Positions 62,733 through 64,000 of a stretch of DNA of 64,000 nt are shown here, piece after piece. A model generated the notes under the pieces. It had not been told where the DNA came from, did no database searches, and worked only from the letters and a program-made list of their open reading frames with translations. The translations under genes and the position numbers were made by a program. The stretch is taken from positions 247,573,741 through 247,637,740 of the forward strand of contig CM041465.1 in the NCBI GenBank assembly GCA_023213395.1. The letters are read 5' to 3'. Positions within the stretch are counted from its first letter, which is position 1. Every line of letters starts with the position of its first letter. The DNA comes from Cycas panzhihuaensis (taxonomy: Eukaryota; Plantae; Cycadophyta).

Positions 62733-64000
62733 ATGAAAAACCAACCATAACTCATAAAACTATAAAAATTAGACAAAAGTATGAACAAATAACACTATGC
62801 ATTCCAAATTAGGAATGTAAGTAAAGCAAAAAATTCTTGTATGAAGGATGCGTTCCTCCCAAACAATGGAGGAAAGACAAAAGAATAGTCGGTGAAAGGG
62901 AACCATTCTGAACAGGGAATCGATAACAGAAAAGTCATAACAGATTGCAAGAACCGTTCCAAACAAGGAACGCACAGTGTTATATGCATTCCAAAACGGG
63001 AATGCGACTCAAACGGACTGGAAGAAGGAGTTTATAAGGGGAAAACCCTAAGGAATGTTTCATTTTTTGAACACACACACAAAGAAGAACGAAATCCAGC
63101 CAACAAGTGAACGATTTCATCAACCATTTGGGAGAAGGAACGTACCTTCAAACAAGATGAAGATCGTTGGGATGCATGAGACTTACGTGCCAAAATTGCA
63201 AATAGAATTTGAAGAACTTTCAGAAGATTTTAAAGCCAAAATTCAACAAGCAGGATGGGGAGACTTTGTGACTACACCACCTTTATACTGGGATCCAGAT
63301 TTCATGGAAGAAATCGTTGTGGCAATCAAATGGAATCAAGAAAAAGTTAGGTTAGATGCAACGATCATTCAAGAAGTCACAGGATTATCAAATGAGGGAG
63401 AAATCCCCACGGTTACTAAGAAATCAGAAGTGGATACGAGCAGATCTAGAAGTCAACACCTTACCTATGAGAAATGAGGGGGTATTTATTGAAGTCAGAA
63501 GTTGCTAGGAGGATAGTATTGAGCCCATGGTTTGGGATTCAAACCATGGGCAAATTGCCTATGGATTTGGAAAAATAGCAAATAAAGGACAAAGCATTAA
63601 AGGCAAGTCTTGAGAAAAAGAAACATGAGATCTCCATGTGATTTTTAGAACCAACCCAAAGTAGAAAAATAATTGGACACATTTATTGCATGTTGAAATG
63701 TGCATTTTTCTTTTTCTAGCCGCAGACTGTCATCCCATAAAGTTTTTAATGGTATTGTGAAGTTCTAAATAGTATTGTGAATAATATTTTTATGGTACCT
63801 TAAGAATCTCATTGGTACTACAAAGTTTTACTAGAGCAGAATAGAGTGTGGCACAGACACATTTCAACACAAGATGGAGTAAAATCAAAGCTGAACAAAC
63901 ATGTATCATAGCGGGACAGAGGGAAATGTATACCAGACTGATAGTTTTATCAACAAAACACTCAAAAGAGCAAAAAAATTATGAAATTATTACAAATTGA

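Larger units (their letters stand above)
54964..64000 (+). mobile_element. Athila-like Ty3/Gypsy element: 5' LTR (~54964-55682), PBS, gag, protease, RT, RNase H, integrase, extra ORF; 3' end not resolved
   Basis: LTR ends GTCAACA, then PBS TGGTTCCGTTGCC 55684-55696; gag 56470-57480; protease VIVDGGAAVNV; RT ORF 59926-60873 (FLDD); integrase 61500-62541; extra ORF 63055-63477. Confidence 0.9.

Overview
Plant nuclear DNA. The very long, TE-filled introns suggest a large-genome species such as a gymnosperm (inference). The whole window lies inside one host gene: four small + strand exons of a starch-debranching isoamylase (ISA1; GH13 motifs DGFRFDLA and IAEAWD) at 9397-9468, 9582-9708, 10034-10120 and 34613-34705. 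These are separated by a 24.5-kb intron; the flanking introns run off both ends of the window. The introns are packed with decayed, nested Ty1/Copia, Athila-like Gypsy, TR-GAG and TRIM-like elements. Most unusual: (1) a non-autonomous Copia-LTR element (41600-43962) whose interior is PBS - TRIM-like cassette - second PBS - captured P-class PPR coding sequence fused in frame to the Copia RNase H tail; (2) a second element with non-matching termini and a perfect 92-bp inverted repeat; (3) two Gypsy elements that both carry a tandem pair of extra capsid-like domains between protease and RT, plus a tRNA-Glu-type PBS; (4) a ~1.5-kb head-to-head LTR palindrome; (5) a stem-loop enclosing the PPT/LTR junction that recurs across several Copia-type elements. 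All alignments and percent identities were done by eye; no database searches were run.
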